Part shown: positions 61,791 to 64,000 of the stretch, piece after piece
Position numbering within the stretch: the first letter of the stretch is position 1
Layout: each line of letters begins with the position of its first letter
IMG/VR virus record: IMGVR_UViG_3300027741_000025
Coordinates: 64,001 to 128,000 of that record
From: a virus
Length of the DNA stretch: 64,000 nucleotides
Strand: one strand, 5' to 3'
Made by a program: the position numbers and the translations under genes
The notes under the pieces: model-generated
Told to the model about the DNA's origin: nothing
Databases searched by the model: none
What the model saw: only the letters and a program-made list of their open reading frames with translations

Positions 61791-62454
61791 AGCTGCCTTT
61801 ATTTCTTGCTGCTTGCTTTAGTTTGCCAATACCTTTTTCTGTCATTACGACAAACTTCCATCCTCTATTTTTACAAAAAACATCACAGCTATTCCATTTA
61901 GCGTGATTTTTGGGTAGATCTGTTTGGTTGCTTGGCTTTATCTCCCAAACCTCTGTGTGACCGTCTGTGAAGTTTACAACAAGGTCTGGGTTGTAGTCGT
62001 GCTTTTCTCCTTCAAATAAATAAGGAACCTTAAAAGGCTCTACATCATAAGACAAAACTTCTTCTATATGTTCAAGGGCTTCATATACTTCGCACTCATA
62101 CCCACTTCTATAGTGCATTTCTCGCCCATCATTTTTTAGGCTAACCATATAGCCTTCTCTAAAATTGGGTCTTCTAGTTTTCTTTTCTCCCTTGCCATTA
62201 AAGTCTCTCCAAATAGTAGCCTTGGTTTGCATAACCTTTGGCATAACTTCATTTGGGTGATGAACCTTAAAATGAGTTCTCACACATCTAACTGGAAAGC
62301 TGCATCTCTGAAGTGGGCAAACAACATAATCTCTGCCCATTTCATGCTTGTCTATTATATGTGTTCTATACTCTTGCATATCTTCTGTGGATACTCCACA
62401 AACGAAACACACATATTTTCTCAGACTGTTATTCTTTGGAAAATCGAAAGTCAT
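61774..62454 (-). CDS. C2H2 zinc fingers fused to a TnsA-N / T4 gp4-like PD-(D/E)XK nuclease
   Basis: CFVC..H...H and CPLQRC..H...H; YRSGYE, EPFKVPY, YNPDLVV, WEIKP. Confidence 0.8.
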   Translation of the reverse strand: MTFDFPKNNSLRKYVCFVCGVSTEDMQEYRTHIIDKHEMGRDYVVCPLQRCSFPVRCVRTHFKVHHPNEVMPKVMQTKATIWRDFNGKGEKKTRRPNFREGYMVSLKNDGREMHYRSGYECEVYEALEHIEEVLSYDVEPFKVPYLFEGEKHDYNPDLVVNFTDGHTEVWEIKPSNQTDLPKNHAKWNSCDVFCKNRGWKFVVMTEKGIGKLKQAARNKGSFNDLF

Positions 62455-62806
62455 TGTAATTCTTGTCTTTTATTATTTTTTTAATAATTTCATCTCTGTC
62501 CACAAAACTTATATCCTTTAAATCTTTGTGTGAGAATAAGTGAGTAGAATTTTGTCCTTTTAAAGAAGGAATTAATTTAACAGCCATAAACTTGATATCT
62601 TCCTTCCAATTTTTTGGAAGATCTTCATCAGAATTTTTAATTTTGGCAAAGACTACTCTGCTATCTTCATCAGAAGCATATAATTCTTTTTTATACTCAA
62701 AAAAAAGAGTATATTTATTCTCATCTAAGTATGAACTTACCTTAGTTTGCTTTTCTTGATCTTCAAGAAAAAAAGAAAAACTCATATTATTAGTATTGTT
62801 TGGCAT
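62429..62806 (-). CDS. Hypothetical protein
   Basis: Start at MPNN (62806) or MSFSFFLED avoids overlap with the divergent gene. Confidence 0.55.
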   Translation of the reverse strand: MPNNTNNMSFSFFLEDQEKQTKVSSYLDENKYTLFFEYKKELYASDEDSRVVFAKIKNSDEDLPKNWKEDIKFMAVKLIPSLKGQNSTHLFSHKDLKDISFVDRDEIIKKIIKDKNYNDFRFSKE

Positions 62807-62817
62807 ATATATTATAA

Positions 62818-63183
62818 ATGTATTTATCAAACTTTAAAAACTTTTTTGAAGAAAATAAACCTGATTATCTCCAAACTGGCTTAGGTACAGAATTGGAAAT
62901 GGATTGGGATGACATAGTTAAAGCTCTGGAGAAAGAGAATTGGTTCACAGCGAATATGCCACTAGGTGATCTAAACTACAAACTTGGTAAATGGAAAATA
63001 GTAAAAGGCACCTTGTCTCCAGAAGGATGCAACATAGTGGCAAAAAACAACAAAAGATCTTATGTAGATGGAAGACTGAACAAATCCAAAGAACAAGATG
63101 GAGAAATATACCACCTCAACAGAGAACAACTAATTAGTTTTCTTACCCAAGGTTGGAGTGGTGCAGCACCAGCGCCATCTTGA
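62818..63183 (+). CDS. Hypothetical protein with capsid-targeting-like N-terminus
   Basis: MYLSNFKNFFEE. Confidence 0.65.
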   Translation: MYLSNFKNFFEENKPDYLQTGLGTELEMDWDDIVKALEKENWFTANMPLGDLNYKLGKWKIVKGTLSPEGCNIVAKNNKRSYVDGRLNKSKEQDGEIYHLNREQLISFLTQGWSGAAPAPS

Positions 63184-63203
63184 CATCCCTGAAAGGGGGC
63201 AAA

Positions 63204-63782
63204 ATGAGCAATTTTTACGAGGAATCCGATGATCAATTTGTGGATGACATATTATCAAACAGACAAACTAAAAAAATCAATTCAAAGAAAAAAGGAAATA
63301 GAAACGAATTGGAATTTGCAAAAATACTAACTAAACGTTTTAACAAAGGCTTCTCAAGAAGCGTAGGCAGCGGCAACAGATGGTCGCAAACAGCATTTCT
63401 ACCGAAGCACGCACAAAAAGTGTTTTCTTCTGACCTAGTAGTGCCTAAGAATTTCAAGTTCGCCCTTGAAGTAAAAGGCGGATATAACGGAATAGATTTA
63501 AATTCAATATTTATAAGAGGAAATAGTGATTTAGATAAATTTCTTGTACAGGCATTCAAGGATGCAAAAAGAGCTGGGAAGAAGCCTTTATTGGCTTGGA
63601 AAAAGGATAGAAAACCTTGGTTGGTTTTTATCTTAAGCAAAGACGCTCAAAACCTAGATTTCAAATACATGCTCACATACAACAAGTGGACAGCAGTAGC
63701 TCTTGATGAATTTTTGAAATTAAATGACAGTTTTTTCTTTAATTCTACGGAGAAAAAAGAAGAGAAGAAATCAGACGAATAA
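63204..63782 (+). CDS. Holliday junction resolvase (PD-(D/E)XK, Hjc/D14-like)
   Basis: INSKKKGNRNELE, SRSVGSG, SDL, LEVK, KPLLAWKKDR; GGGGG SD before ATG 63204. Confidence 0.8.
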   Translation: MSNFYEESDDQFVDDILSNRQTKKINSKKKGNRNELEFAKILTKRFNKGFSRSVGSGNRWSQTAFLPKHAQKVFSSDLVVPKNFKFALEVKGGYNGIDLNSIFIRGNSDLDKFLVQAFKDAKRAGKKPLLAWKKDRKPWLVFILSKDAQNLDFKYMLTYNKWTAVALDEFLKLNDSFFFNSTEKKEEKKSDE

Positions 63783-64000
63783 TTTTTCTTCCAATCTCTT
63801 CAAAGAATCTGCTTTTCTACCCTTTTCAGAAACAATCAAAAGATTGTCTTCTATTCCCCAATTTATGTTTATCTCAGGAGAGCTATAAATTAGAGACGGT
63901 TCTATTGATGGGTCATAAAAAGCATCCTGCATATAAACAACACTAGTGTTTTCTTCCAAACTCAAAAAGGCGTGCCCACAAAATTCAGGAATTAATAATT
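63771..64000 (-). CDS. rmlC: dTDP-4-dehydrorhamnose 3,5-epimerase, 3' part
   Basis: Frame continues to the edge: LLIPEFCGHAFLSLEENTSVVY...YDP..E..L.Y..P.ININW...IVSEK. Confidence 0.85.
   Translation of the reverse strand, partial: LLIPEFCGHAFLSLEENTSVVYMQDAFYDPSIEPSLIYSSPEININWGIEDNLLIVSEKGRKADSLKRLEEKLFV

Noticed and set aside
61774-62454. Tn7-like transposon
   Set aside because: Only a TnsA-N-like nuclease domain; no TnsB/TnsC or end repeats. This fold is common as a stand-alone gene in large phages.
1-64000. Giant eukaryotic virus (NCLDV) or cellular origin, suggested by RCC1, C2H2, Hel308 and many GTs
   Set aside because: Tape measure, gp2-like, gp4-like and dNMP kinase genes, SD sequences and sigma70 promoters indicate a tailed bacteriophage; no NCLDV core or cellular housekeeping operon was seen.
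1-64000. Stop-codon reassignment as in some huge phages
   Set aside because: TAA, TAG and TGA all end tightly packed genes, and long ORFs are intact under code 11.

Overview
AT-rich (roughly one-third GC by eye), densely coding window with frequent strand switches and the standard genetic code. It reads as part of a large (jumbo) tailed-phage genome with T4-like elements: a tape-measure gene running off the left edge (missed by the ORF track), a gp2-like DNA end protector, a TnsA/gp4-like nuclease, dNMP kinase, a Holliday junction resolvase, and SNF2 and Ski2/Hel308 helicases. Three blocks stand out. (1) An ~8.6 kb cluster of glycosyltransferase and FkbM methyltransferase genes (8786-17354), plus a distant GT4-GT2 fusion, a cupin and rmlC. 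One cluster gene resembles plant Hyp/Ser protein O-glycosyltransferases. (2) A family of large, Cys-rich, signal-peptide-less modular proteins (20772-29428 and 43412-54614). Their Mtd_N, RCC1, YVTN, discoidin, LamG, DUF642 and lectin-like modules are joined by Thr/Pro tandem-repeat stalks and shared between genes through direct and inverted DNA repeats. Together (1) and (2) suggest a phage-encoded, recombinationally shuffled, self-glycosylated mucin-like fibre coat; this is inference. (3) A stand-alone, GC-rich, structured small transcription unit (32225-32436, minus strand) with its own sigma70 promoter and terminator. Two window-wide signals: a TATATA box 4-10 nt before many SD-less start codons, and a T4 capsid-targeting-like N-terminal motif on about ten proteins, including the SNF2 helicase and an altered CCA/poly(A)-type nucleotidyltransferase. 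An SHD1 domain hints at a PVC-superphylum host. No tRNA, rRNA, CRISPR array, reverse transcriptase or integrase was recognised. All family calls come from motif recognition by eye, not from database searches.
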